This document shows positions 19,950 to 29,290 of a DNA stretch of 64,000 bases, piece by piece. Numbering within the stretch: position 1 is the stretch's first letter; each line of letters opens with the position of its first letter. A program made the position numbers and the translations under genes. The stretch spans positions 1,184,001-1,248,000 of the forward strand of contig CAWJQQ010000009.1 of assembly GCA_963845065.1 (NCBI GenBank). Reading direction: 5' to 3'. Under the pieces are notes generated by a model. It was not told where the DNA came from. It worked only from the letters and a program-made list of their open reading frames with translations, and ran no database searches. This DNA comes from Nitrospirota bacterium. Its GTDB lineage: Bacteria > Nitrospirota > UBA9217.

Positions 19950-20259
19950 ATAGAATGCATTTCATCCTGGAAAGCGTAGGAGACTCATTTGATTGTAATA
20001 CATAAAACAAAAAAAGTGTTTTATTTGCTGTTCTAATGCCTTATCGCTGACATCATTAGTTTAAAATTAGATTCTTTAGTAGGATCAACCCTATAACAGA
20101 CCACAACAAAACGCTTTTTCTGAGGCTGCTTAATTTTTACGCAACAAAGCTTTGGCACACCGCTGTGTGGCAGACTAAAAAATCAGTAATGACACATAAA
20201 ATATACACCTACTCGGACCTCTGCCTCTATGACGATAGTAAATAAGAGCATCCTCTATG

Positions 20260-20378
20260 CTGACCACAGCCCATGGTTGAAACCAGGATTTTGCGCAAGG
20301 GCAGTACTCTCAAAATGCTCACGCAGTGCTAGAGCCTGAATTGGGAATCCTCGGCTTTCAGACGAGGGATGATGTCAA
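20260..20378. mobile_element. Two back-to-back orphan IS200/IS605 right ends
   Basis: Minus strand CCTGGTTTCAACCATGGGCTGTGGTCAG ends at 20260. Plus strand GAATCCTCGGCTTTCAGACGAGGGATGATGTCAA ends at 20378. Confidence 0.65.
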
Positions 20379-22486
20379 CTCGACGAATTTGCCGACTCCC
20401 GTTCAGCATGCTTTGCGTTATGGTACAGGCAAACGCGGTTTCTTCCCGTTCGTTTGGCATAATACAGCGCGTCGTCGGCCATCGTCACCAGGTCGACCAT
20501 GTTTTTTGTGTCCGATGGAAACGAACTGACGCCAATACTGACTGTGACCCGCAACTCTCCGTCAGACACCCGCATTACAAGGGTTTTTTCCAGAATATCC
20601 CTGATCCGTTCTCCCATTTGTTCCGCGCCTTTACTGTCAGTTTCTACCATACCTACGGCGAATTCTTCGCCGCCATAGCGAGCTATGAAGTCAGAACCAC
20701 GTGCGGTTTCTTTTAGGACTTTGGAAACGGTCTTGATTGCCACATCGCCCACAGGGTGGCCATACTTGTCGTTAACATTCTTGAATTTGTCAATGTCCAT
20801 GAGCAGGATGGAGAAAGGGCGTGGGTCGCGATCGAGACGCTTATATTCTTCAGCGAGTTTTTCCATAAAGGTACGGTGGTTCAGGAGACCGGTCAAACCG
20901 TCGGTCCTGGCCATGTCGCGAATTTTCTGGTGAAGCAAATTGTTGTCCACAACCATGGACACTTGATTCAACAGAGTGTCCAGAAAATTGCGGTGGTACT
21001 CGGTGAAGGTGTTCGTGCGGACGGACCCGAGGAATGCCACTCCGATGAATTTATCGCGGGCAACAAGCGGCCTACCGAAGATCGATTTGATGGGTTGCTG
21101 GAGTTCTTTCATGGGAAATAGGCCGATCCCCTTGCCCCGGTCTCCGAGATCGGGATCGTGATAGCTAGTATAGACCCCGCGGTCGTGCCACTGGCTCAAC
21201 ATATGGGTAAGGATAGCACTCTGCTCCAGGAGAAACCGGTTGTTGGTGAACCTGGTGTCATAACCTCTCAGCGCTGTAATCACCGCTTCTTTTGTCTGTT
21301 CATCATAGAGTAGGAAAGCGCAATAATCGTAAGGTACCACAGATCTGATCTGCGTGGTCAGCTTTTCCAGAACTTCACTGATCTCAAGACTGCTGTTCAA
21401 GATCGAACTCATTTCATTGAGCGCGGCAAAGTTCTTCGCTCGAATGTCCATCTCAACAGATATCTTGATCTTTTCTATGATCTGGCTGAAGAAGGGGATG
21501 AAGCGGATCAAAGTCTCCTGGATTTTTCCGGGAAAGGCATCCTGTTCAAGGCTGTCGACTGCAATGACGCCAAAAACCTGATCGCCTTGAACTATTGGTA
21601 CTGCGAGAAATGATTTTATAGGGACATCTCGTGTGTAATATTTGAGGCTGGTTACTGGAACAACCAGGGATGGCAGATACTGCAGTTGTTTTTGGGCGGC
21701 ACAGATGCCAATAAGACCCTGGTCCCGAGAAAATTTAATAGTTTCTGTGGACAAATCGCGGCTCTGACTCCGTAAACCCCGCAGCACGTACACTCCCTCA
21801 AGGCGGTCATCGAGAAAGAGTGCATAGGTATGGGCCGGCACTAGATCGGAGATCATATCAATGAGAGCACTGAATGCGCCTTCCCGTTCCCGTGCCGCAC
21901 TGACATAGGTTGCCTGCCGTTTTTTCTCGGTCAATGCCTCAACGTTTGTTCCGCCTGCGAGCGGGTCCACGGCATCAGCATCGGAAATCAACTTTGCATA
22001 ATTGTCTTTGGCTGTTTTGGCCTCGCTCCTGATCAAGTGGGTGATATATGCAGTTATGAACGCAACGCCTGCAAGCGAAACACCAAAGCCGCCAAAGGTA
22101 TACCAGTGGCTTATATCGTTCTGGCCAGAAATAATGATATTGAGCGCTTCGATAGCCAGGATAAGCCCGACCACAGGGTATGCCCAGTTGCGGCGTTGAA
22201 ATGCAGCAATCGAGGTCAGAAGAAAGTAGAGTGGGAAGATCGGTGAATGAGGACCTCCGGTTAACTGGATGAGAAAATTAAGCCCGATGATAGCGAGTAT
22301 TGTAAAGGGAAAGCCATCGTTATGTTCTTTGGTGAAGAGTGCTTGGTAAGAAATGGAGAAAGCGAGGGAAAGGAATCCAGCGAGCCAAATGACCAGAAGA
22401 CGTCCCGAAGGGGCCGGTTTGAGAAATAATCCCAGTCCGGCAGCGATACAGTAGAGGATCAGGCCGGAAAGAATGATTTTTCTCAC
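20375..22486 (-). CDS. Membrane diguanylate cyclase (TM-GAF-GAF-GGDEF)
   Basis: Several N-terminal TMs, two GAF-like domains, DGLTGL, DIDKFK, RGSD I-site, YGGEEF. Confidence 0.93.
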   Translation of the reverse strand: MRKIILSGLILYCIAAGLGLFLKPAPSGRLLVIWLAGFLSLAFSISYQALFTKEHNDGFPFTILAIIGLNFLIQLTGGPHSPIFPLYFLLTSIAAFQRRNWAYPVVGLILAIEALNIIISGQNDISHWYTFGGFGVSLAGVAFITAYITHLIRSEAKTAKDNYAKLISDADAVDPLAGGTNVEALTEKKRQATYVSAAREREGAFSALIDMISDLVPAHTYALFLDDRLEGVYVLRGLRSQSRDLSTETIKFSRDQGLIGICAAQKQLQYLPSLVVPVTSLKYYTRDVPIKSFLAVPIVQGDQVFGVIAVDSLEQDAFPGKIQETLIRFIPFFSQIIEKIKISVEMDIRAKNFAALNEMSSILNSSLEISEVLEKLTTQIRSVVPYDYCAFLLYDEQTKEAVITALRGYDTRFTNNRFLLEQSAILTHMLSQWHDRGVYTSYHDPDLGDRGKGIGLFPMKELQQPIKSIFGRPLVARDKFIGVAFLGSVRTNTFTEYHRNFLDTLLNQVSMVVDNNLLHQKIRDMARTDGLTGLLNHRTFMEKLAEEYKRLDRDPRPFSILLMDIDKFKNVNDKYGHPVGDVAIKTVSKVLKETARGSDFIARYGGEEFAVGMVETDSKGAEQMGERIRDILEKTLVMRVSDGELRVTVSIGVSSFPSDTKNMVDLVTMADDALYYAKRTGRNRVCLYHNAKHAERESANSSS

Positions 22487-22761
22487 ACTTTTTTTCTCCT
22501 GTGCATCTCATCTTCAAAGTATTTCCGATAAAGGACATCCCATTCACGGCTGCCCTCGGGAACTTTACGGGACAACGACTGGATCATGCGGCGGGCGGCC
22601 TCGTCAGCATCATCTTCGAACTTTAACTCGTCGTTGATAGTCCGCTTGATCTCACGAAGAAGCTTTTCCTCCGGCTGGAGCACATCAACGGTTTTGTCCT
22701 GAACCAGTTTGTCCAGAATCAGGTGCGAGAGGTGGGATATTCTGTCTTCGCTTAATCTCAC
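22483..22761 (-). CDS. DUF507 family protein
   Basis: MRLSEDRISHL...KVPEGSREWDVLYRKY. Confidence 0.8.
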   Translation of the reverse strand: MRLSEDRISHLSHLILDKLVQDKTVDVLQPEEKLLREIKRTINDELKFEDDADEAARRMIQSLSRKVPEGSREWDVLYRKYFEDEMHRRKKV

Positions 22762-23039
22762 AGAACCATACCTCGTTCTTTCGCTAGCTTCTGCTTTGTC
22801 AGTTCAAACACCTTACGATAGTCCATATTGCCTTTTTTTATCTCTGTCTCATATGCGGCAAGGATCTTTTCAACGTCTATATTGAGTTTATCCTCTTCCA
22901 GCATATTCGCGGTGATCACCTCGGCTAGCTTGGAGGCGATCTCAGCCTTCGGGACATCGTACTCGGCCAAACCTTTGCTCGCCATGTTCGAGGCGATCGC
23001 ATTAGCGATATGCTTGATCATTTCTTTGGGAAGACGCAT
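22758..23039 (-). CDS. DUF507 family protein
   Basis: MRL...DYRKVFELTKQKLAKERGMVL; paired with the gene above. Confidence 0.8.
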   Translation of the reverse strand: MRLPKEMIKHIANAIASNMASKGLAEYDVPKAEIASKLAEVITANMLEEDKLNIDVEKILAAYETEIKKGNMDYRKVFELTKQKLAKERGMVL

Positions 23040-23178
23040 TGAATCACCTTAGACGCATTATATCAGAATCAGTTCAAAAGTGAAAAGAAAAGTGCCGAAT
23101 GTGTCGAATGAGAGGTATGGGCAAAGTGGAGGGCACCAAACGCCACGGTTACAAAATCGCATTGATAGCGAGACTTTT

Positions 23179-24111
23179 TTATATTTTCAAAACAGAGCCT
23201 CGCACCTTTCGAAAGTCAGCCCAGATATCTACAATCCCTAGAGCAATGGCGAATACGATGGAAGGCATGGCCAAAACAAGCGCTAGGATCAACCCTCGCA
23301 TGAATGGCCTGATACGCACCTTTTTGAGATAATATTCCACGATTGCGGTGCCCTGGGCCAGATACACGACAGCAAAGAGAATTGCGAGGTTCCAGCCGAT
23401 AAGTCGTGACAGTTCGTTCGGGATAACGAGGATTGCTAGCGTGACAATCAAGCCCCACACCCAGGAATCAGGTGCGTGCCACAAGGCGAGGGCCGTCTGA
23501 CCTGCAAGCGGGGAAGAAACCTCTTTCTTTAAAATAACCGCTCGGCTGATGCCGTAACATGTTGCTGCTTGGATGACGGACGTTGCGATCGTGATGGCAG
23601 GAATGAGCCTTACGAGATAGTGGACGAAGGAATCCGTTACCGCAGTGACCATGGTTGCCATATCTTTTAGTCCCATCTTGGTATAAACTGCCGCTGCTTC
23701 TGCAATGCTTGTCCGAAGATACTCTTCAATGGCGGCTATCGGGCTCTTGCCTGCACGAACGAAGTAGAAAGCAGCTAATATCCCGATGACCGCTATCGGG
23801 AAAAGGCCTCCTAAGAGAGAGATCTGTTCTGGCTTCATCTGTTTGCGCATACCTTCGGCGATTACAACTGCCATCAACCCGAACGTACACAGGAGAATGG
23901 CTGCAGCCTGCCATCCACCGAGGATGGCGATCAGGGCAGCAGAAGTTCCGAGGGCGATAAGACCCTCTACTCTGCCACGGCGGAGAGATAGCAAAATCAG
24001 TGGAACTGGTGTTAACAAAGCGAGTATTTGTCCTATGACTGGAATGATAAAGCCAGCTGCATACAGTCCCACAGTCTGAATCGTGGCGACGAATGTTGCT
24101 CGGTAATTCAT
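23179..24111 (-). CDS. YybS/DUF2232 membrane protein
   Basis: Multi-TM protein ending GIVDIWADFRK; follows rpsR. Confidence 0.85.
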   Translation of the reverse strand: MNYRATFVATIQTVGLYAAGFIIPVIGQILALLTPVPLILLSLRRGRVEGLIALGTSAALIAILGGWQAAAILLCTFGLMAVVIAEGMRKQMKPEQISLLGGLFPIAVIGILAAFYFVRAGKSPIAAIEEYLRTSIAEAAAVYTKMGLKDMATMVTAVTDSFVHYLVRLIPAITIATSVIQAATCYGISRAVILKKEVSSPLAGQTALALWHAPDSWVWGLIVTLAILVIPNELSRLIGWNLAILFAVVYLAQGTAIVEYYLKKVRIRPFMRGLILALVLAMPSIVFAIALGIVDIWADFRKVRGSVLKI

Positions 24112-24310
24112 TGAAATCTCCTGATAATAAAATAAACAGTACACCGCGGACAATCTAAGATGGACACTGGTAGCAAGGCCTTAAGCGGGAAATCATTCTT
24201 CGATTTCATAATGTCGGATCAAGTAAATTATCCGTGGCTAGAGAGAATTGCTTTTCATTGCTATCGTCAGTATAGAAAACATTACCATGCACAAATTCAA
24301 TAAAAACCAA

Positions 24311-24360
24311 AGAAAAGGGGAAATCCAGGGTCACTGGAAAGTAACCGCTGAGTTTCCCCT
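24311..24360 (-). terminator. Terminator after rpsR
   Basis: Minus strand AGGGGAAA...TTTCCCCT hairpin followed by a T-rich tract. Confidence 0.7.
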
Positions 24361-24406
24361 ATCCCTATTAATTATGAATGGTGTAGACTGCCGCCGACGT
24401 GCTTGC

Positions 24407-24748
24407 CTATTTCTCGCCTGCGAATGGTATCAACGCGATGTTCCTGCATCGCTGCACCGCCACGGTTACCTCTCGCTGATGCCGAGCGCAGTTACCCGAT
24501 ATCCGGCGTGGAAGGATTTTGCCACGTTCGGTGATGAAGAATCGGAGTGTCTTTACATCTTTGTAATCGACAAAGGGAGACTTGTCCACACAGAACCGGC
24601 AGACTTTTTTTCGGATTTGGAAGCGTCTCCTTTTGTCGCCGCCTCCACCTCGGGAATCCCTGCTGTCTCCCCTGTCTTTTCCTCTGTTATCGGAACCTCT
24701 ATCGGATGGTCTTGATGGACCTGATGGTCTTGAATGAAACTCTGCCAT
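24407..24748 (-). CDS. rpsR: 30S ribosomal protein S18
   Basis: [30 protein letters not shown]; low-complexity N-terminal extension. Confidence 0.97.
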   Translation of the reverse strand: MAEFHSRPSGPSRPSDRGSDNRGKDRGDSRDSRGGGGDKRRRFQIRKKVCRFCVDKSPFVDYKDVKTLRFFITERGKILPRRISGNCARHQREVTVAVQRCRNIALIPFAGEK

Positions 24749-24807
24749 AGTAATGTGCTCCTCTTGGAATTAGTGTCAGTAATTAATACTGATTATGAAG
24801 CCCGGCT

Positions 24808-25218
24808 TCAAAAAGGTATCTCCCCTTCATCCACCGGGGCTTCGGGCGTAGTTTCAGGATGGCTGTCGCCGCCCCCCTTGCCGATTGATGAGCGTTTGGG
24901 CATGAAGTTTACAGACTGGGCAACGACTTCCAGCTTGTTTCTCTTCTGCCCCTCCTCGGTTTCCCATCGCCGCTGCTGAAGCCTGCCATCGATCAGGACA
25001 GAATCGCCCTTATTAATGTATTGACCACAGGACTCCGCCTGTTTCCCAAACACTACGATATCGATGTAGCTAACTTCTTCCTTGGTCTCGTCACCCTGTT
25101 TATACTTGCGGTTAACCGCGATAGCGAAGCTTGCCACCGCAATGCCGTTCGGGGTGTAACGGACCTCGGGATCGCGGGTGAGATTGCCCAGCAGAATAAC
25201 TTTGTTAAAGCTCGTCAT
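24808..25218 (-). CDS. ssb: Single-stranded DNA-binding protein
   Basis: NKVILLGNLTRDPE and C-terminal EIPF. Confidence 0.97.
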   Translation of the reverse strand: MTSFNKVILLGNLTRDPEVRYTPNGIAVASFAIAVNRKYKQGDETKEEVSYIDIVVFGKQAESCGQYINKGDSVLIDGRLQQRRWETEEGQKRNKLEVVAQSVNFMPKRSSIGKGGGDSHPETTPEAPVDEGEIPF

Positions 25219-25298
25219 GGTGCTCCCTCGATTTTCTCACGCACTGCCACGAACCATTCAGGATGCGGGCAGCGGACTGGTTGTCCTGCGGTCAAAAG

Positions 25299-25667
25299 CT
25301 AGGCTGTTGTGGCCGGACCGCTTTCGGCGGCCTTCGCGATATCTTTCTTTTTTGGCTTTGGCGGTTCTTTAACGCGCAGTTCTTTCTCAAGCTTGACCGT
25401 CAAAAACTTGATTACGGAGTCCGTCAGCTTGTAGGTGCGCTCGAGTTCGGCAATGGCTGCAGGAGCTGCCTTGAATTGGAAGAAGGCATAGTGGCCGCGC
25501 TTTTGCTTCTTGATCTCGTAGGCCAGCTTTTTCTTGCCCCAGTCCTCAAACTTCGTCATTTCACCGCCTTGCTTGATGATGACATCCTGCATCTTCTTAA
25601 TGACGTTTGCTGTTTCTTCGTCGGAAAGGTTGGCATTAATGATGAAGATAGATTCGTAAATCGGCAT
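25299..25667 (-). CDS. rpsF: 30S ribosomal protein S6
   Basis: YESIFII, WGKKKLAYEIKK..GHY. Confidence 0.97.
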   Translation of the reverse strand: MPIYESIFIINANLSDEETANVIKKMQDVIIKQGGEMTKFEDWGKKKLAYEIKKQKRGHYAFFQFKAAPAAIAELERTYKLTDSVIKFLTVKLEKELRVKEPPKPKKKDIAKAAESGPATTA

Positions 25668-25675
25668 GTGCTTTC

Positions 25676-25724
25676 CCTCCTTATGGGTTATAGCCCCCCG
25701 TCTGGTGCGGGGAGCAAGGAGTAT
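25676..25724 (-). promoter_or_regulatory. S6:S18-binding ribosomal protein leader
   Basis: CUCCUUGCUCCCCG...CGGGGGGCUAUAACCCAUAAGGAG: a CUCCUU/AAGGAG stem sequesters the RBS, with an inner hairpin and CCC bulge, immediately 5' of rpsF. Confidence 0.7.
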
Positions 25725-25826
25725 CCCGCAATCGTGCGTATAAACGGGAATCGACCTTACTCTTTTTTAGAATTTGAACCTTATCATATGCGTGCTGAAA
25801 AATCAAGCCTTTTCTCGTACATTTAC

Positions 25827-25880
25827 GGAAATCTCCTTTCAAAGCTCCTGGTCTCAACTATGGGGATGAAAGCGGGAACC
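25827..25880 (+). mobile_element. Orphan IS200/IS605 left end
   Basis: TTTAC (25822-25826), then AAAGCTCCTGGTCTCAACTATGGGGATGAAAGCGGGAAC, similar to the left end at 15490-15528. Confidence 0.65.
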
Positions 25881-25987
25881 CTTCTGTACCCTTTTTTTTT
25901 TGCTGGTAATTATGCTATAATTGATTTGTAAATTTGGAGTTAAAATACCAGAGAGGTGAGGCGCTGATATACAAAAAGGAGCTCCCC

Positions 25988-26791
25988 ATGATGAAACTAT
26001 TTCGTTATTTGTTCGGACTGATACTCTTATTGTGCGTCATTATACTCGTCACACACGCGGCAACGGCAACGAAAAGCCGCTTAGACAGCGGTTCCTATTA
26101 CACTGACCCCACTACCGGCATGGAATTCGTACTCGTCAAAGGCGGCTGTTACCAGATGGGTAACACCTTCGAGGATGGTTATATTAATGAAAAGCCCGTG
26201 CATGAGGTCTGCGTGGATGATTATTATATCGGTAAGTTCGCAGTTACTCAGGGCCAATGGAAAGCAGTGATGGGAGACAATCCATCTTTTTATTCATCCT
26301 GCGGTGATAACTGCCCGGTTGAGAGCGTGAGTTGGGACGATGCGCAGGATTATATTGATAAATTGAGCGCACAGACAGGGAAAAAGTACCATCTTCCAAC
26401 CGAAGCGGAATGGGAGTACGCTGCGCGGAGCGGCGGCAAAAAAGAGAAGTGGGCGGGCACTAGTGATTTTAAGAAGATTGATGATTATGCCTGGCTGCAG
26501 GACAATTCGGAGAAGAAAACTCACCCTGTTGGCATGAAGAAGCCGAACGGCCTTGGGCTCTACGACATGATCGGGAACGTGTGTGAGTGGGCAAACGATG
26601 GGTATGATCATGACTACTACAAGAAAAGCCCGAAAATGAATCCTGAGGGCGCATATATCGACGACGTTCGGGTGTTTCGTGGTGGCAGCTGGCGCACCAA
26701 GCCGAGGCGCGCTCGGGCAACCAATCGCTGCGCTGCCAGCACGAGCATCAGGTGCAGCGGTCTGGGCTTCCGCCTCGCCATGACTCTGTAA
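25988..26791 (+). CDS. Secreted FGE-sulfatase (C-type lectin fold) domain protein
   Basis: Signal peptide; GMEFVLV.GG.YQMG, LPTEAEWEYAAR, NGLGLYDM.GNV.EW, RGGSW, LGFRL. Confidence 0.93.
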   Translation: MMKLFRYLFGLILLLCVIILVTHAATATKSRLDSGSYYTDPTTGMEFVLVKGGCYQMGNTFEDGYINEKPVHEVCVDDYYIGKFAVTQGQWKAVMGDNPSFYSSCGDNCPVESVSWDDAQDYIDKLSAQTGKKYHLPTEAEWEYAARSGGKKEKWAGTSDFKKIDDYAWLQDNSEKKTHPVGMKKPNGLGLYDMIGNVCEWANDGYDHDYYKKSPKMNPEGAYIDDVRVFRGGSWRTKPRRARATNRCAASTSIRCSGLGFRLAMTL

Positions 26792-27371
26792 CTTTTATGG
26801 TTTTTTAATTCAAAGATAGGAACGCCACTGCTTTACCAAATCATCCGCAGAAAGCCCCTGGTTTTAACCGTGGGGAAGAATACGGAGACTTAACGTCTCG
26901 ACAATTGCTAGACATATGTTCATCTATATGGTATATTTAACATAACAATGCCATGTAATAAATTAAAAACCCCCTCTTTCATCCATGAGTTTCAACTCGT
27001 AACTACCAACAAAGACAAATTGCCGGAGAGACTGTTGATACCTCCATCTGAACCGTTCCTAAAATATAGCTTTTTATCCATACTAGCTATAACGGCAGCC
27101 GAACAGTGCTGCTGCCGGTTAACGTCAGGGATTCTCGCCCTGATTCACACAAGCGCCTTTTTACTACTCGGCAACACACCTGACGCCTTCCCGATATCGA
27201 GTGAACCACAATCATCGGCAGGTGGCCAGGAGGTGAGCACTGTCATTCCATGCAACGATTCATGTTGAGATTCAGCGCTGCCTGTAGAGCCCTGTAAGGG
27301 CCGCCTTCTAGAGGAAAGTCCATCCGTACGGGCACGAACCCCGCTTTCCTTTGACCTGCGCCAGTATTTCC

Positions 27372-27742
27372 TTACATATTCAGAACCGAATCTCATCAGC
27401 CGATCGCGATGTTCGACAACGATAATACTTACCGCTGGATTTGCAAGCAGCTTCATGAGCTTTGGCCAATGCCCGTTCAGACCTGAACCGATCTCCGTAA
27501 CAGCCATGGTAACAGCCAATTTCTGCGACGCGGCAAACTGTGACAACCGGCCGATTTGCGCGTCCAGGTCGTTTTTCTGGTCATGGCTGGATACTCTGGC
27601 ATAAAGAGCCGCAGCCCCCGTTGAATCCGTTTTTTGCTCTTTGATGATAATAGTGCCGGACGGCATCTGTTCCGCTTCAACCGGCAGCTTGCCGGCCTTC
27701 CACCAGTTCCATGCCGCTTTGTATGTAATCTCCTGTTGTTTG
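27372..27742 (-). pseudogene. IS607-family serine recombinase TnpA, truncated at both ends
   Basis: KQQEITYKAAWNWWKAGKLP..QMPSGTII..LYARVSSHDQKNDL..EIGSGLN..VEHRDRLMRFG. Confidence 0.85.
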
Positions 27743-27758
27743 GCCCCCCTGGTTTAAG

Positions 27759-27855
27759 CAGGTAGTCCGACAATTCAATTTTTGACAAATTGCCAAACGT
27801 AAATTCAAATAGATATGAGGTCAAAAACCAAAAAAAGCTATAGTTGGACAGCCTA
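27759..27855. mobile_element. ~97-bp MITE with terminal inverted repeats (copy 1)
   Basis: Ends CAGGTAGTCCGACAA / TAGTTGGACAGCCTA; colinear similarity with 50900-50998. Confidence 0.75.
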
Positions 27856-27919
27856 TTAGACATGGGGAGTGGTGAGAACGGGTTGCCAGCCTATTCTGCT
27901 GTCGCATAAGTATTTTTTA

Positions 27920-27948
27920 TTGACAAAACATGCATACTGTTTTAATAT
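27920..27948 (+). promoter_or_regulatory. Sigma70-type promoter of the amino-acid operon
   Basis: TTGACA-17 nt-TAATAT. Confidence 0.6.
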
Positions 27949-28011
27949 CAATTTTACTTTTTAAATTGAGTGGTTAGAAGACTGATTTCTTTGGAAAAGA
28001 GAGGGTTAACG

Positions 28012-29187
28012 ATGCCTGAGAAGTTCGGCAGGATCAAGAGGCTACCGCCCTATGTTTTCTCGATTGTTAACGCCATGAAAATCGAGGCACGCAGGCGCGG
28101 CGAAGACATTATCGATCTTGGCATGGGTAATCCTGACCAGAGTACGCCGCAACACATCGTAGACAAACTTGTCGAGGCCGCACAAAATCCAAAAAACCAC
28201 CGTTATTCCGCCTCTAAGGGGATTACTAAGCTCCGCACCGCAATCTGCGACTGGTACAAGCGCCGCTACGATGTCAATCTCGATCCGGAGTCAGAAGCAG
28301 TCGCGACAATCGGATCCAAGGAAGGGCTTTCGCACCTCGCTTTGGCCACGGTCGAGCCGGGGGACGTGGTGTTTACAACCACACCAGCTTATCCGATTCA
28401 TCCCTATGCCGTGATCATAGCTGGTGGTGAAGTGCGTTCTATTCCGCTTCGCAAGGACAGTGACTTCTTCAACGACATGCAGGAGGCCTACAAGAACACT
28501 TGGCCTCGGCCCATAATGCTCATCATCAATTTCCCGAACAATCCCACGACGCAGGTGGTGGATGTGGATTTCTTCCAGAAAATTGCGGATTTTGCACAGG
28601 AGAACAACATAATCGTAGTGCACGATCTGGCTTATGCAGACTTAAACTTTGATGGTTACCGGGCGCCAAGTTTTCTGCAGGCAAAAGGAGCCAAAGACGT
28701 GGGTGTCGAGTTTTTCAGTCTTACAAAAAGCTACAATATGGCGGGATGGCGAGTGGGATTTTGCTGTGGAAATAGGGACATTGTGGGTGCCCTAATCAAG
28801 ATCAAAAGCTACCTCGACTACGGCATGTTTCAACCGATACAGATTGCATCTATCATTGCACTGAACGGGCCACAGGGGTGTGTAAAGGAGATCTCGGACA
28901 TGTATCGGTGCCGCAGAGACGTACTTATAGATGGGTTGGATAAAGCGGGTTGGAAGGTAGAAAAGCCTAAGGCCACCATGTTCGTCTGGGCCGAGATCCC
29001 CGAGCCCTTCAAGAAGATGGGCTCCCTAGATTTCGCAAAACACCTTATTAAAGTGGCAAAGGTCGCTGTCTCGCCCGGTGTCGGATTTGGTGAGTACGGC
29101 GACAGCCACGTGCGGTTCGCACTCATTGAGAACGAGTACCGGCTGCGCCAGGCGGCAAAGGGGATAAAACTAGCGCTGAAGAAATGA
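28012..29187 (+). CDS. alaC: PLP class I aminotransferase (AlaC/YfdZ-like)
   Basis: [55 protein letters not shown]. Confidence 0.8.
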   Translation: MPEKFGRIKRLPPYVFSIVNAMKIEARRRGEDIIDLGMGNPDQSTPQHIVDKLVEAAQNPKNHRYSASKGITKLRTAICDWYKRRYDVNLDPESEAVATIGSKEGLSHLALATVEPGDVVFTTTPAYPIHPYAVIIAGGEVRSIPLRKDSDFFNDMQEAYKNTWPRPIMLIINFPNNPTTQVVDVDFFQKIADFAQENNIIVVHDLAYADLNFDGYRAPSFLQAKGAKDVGVEFFSLTKSYNMAGWRVGFCCGNRDIVGALIKIKSYLDYGMFQPIQIASIIALNGPQGCVKEISDMYRCRRDVLIDGLDKAGWKVEKPKATMFVWAEIPEPFKKMGSLDFAKHLIKVAKVAVSPGVGFGEYGDSHVRFALIENEYRLRQAAKGIKLALKK

Positions 29188-29290
29188 TAGAGCAGGATCA
29201 AGGAACAAAGGTCAAGGATAAGCTGAAGATGGTTAAACGTCTTCCTCAGCGTCCTCCACAGTAACAAAAGATATTAAAAGCAGGTAGATA

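Larger units (their letters stand above)
26837..27876 (+). mobile_element. Decayed composite IS200/IS605 element (left end, tnpB 5' stub, IS607 tnpA relic, MITE-split right end)
   Basis: TTTAC plus a left end similar to 15477. MPCNKLKTPSFIHEFQLV matches the TnpB start MPRKRKPKTPSFVHEFQLV. Right end CCCCTGGTTT..AGACATGGGGAGTGGTGAG. Confidence 0.75.
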
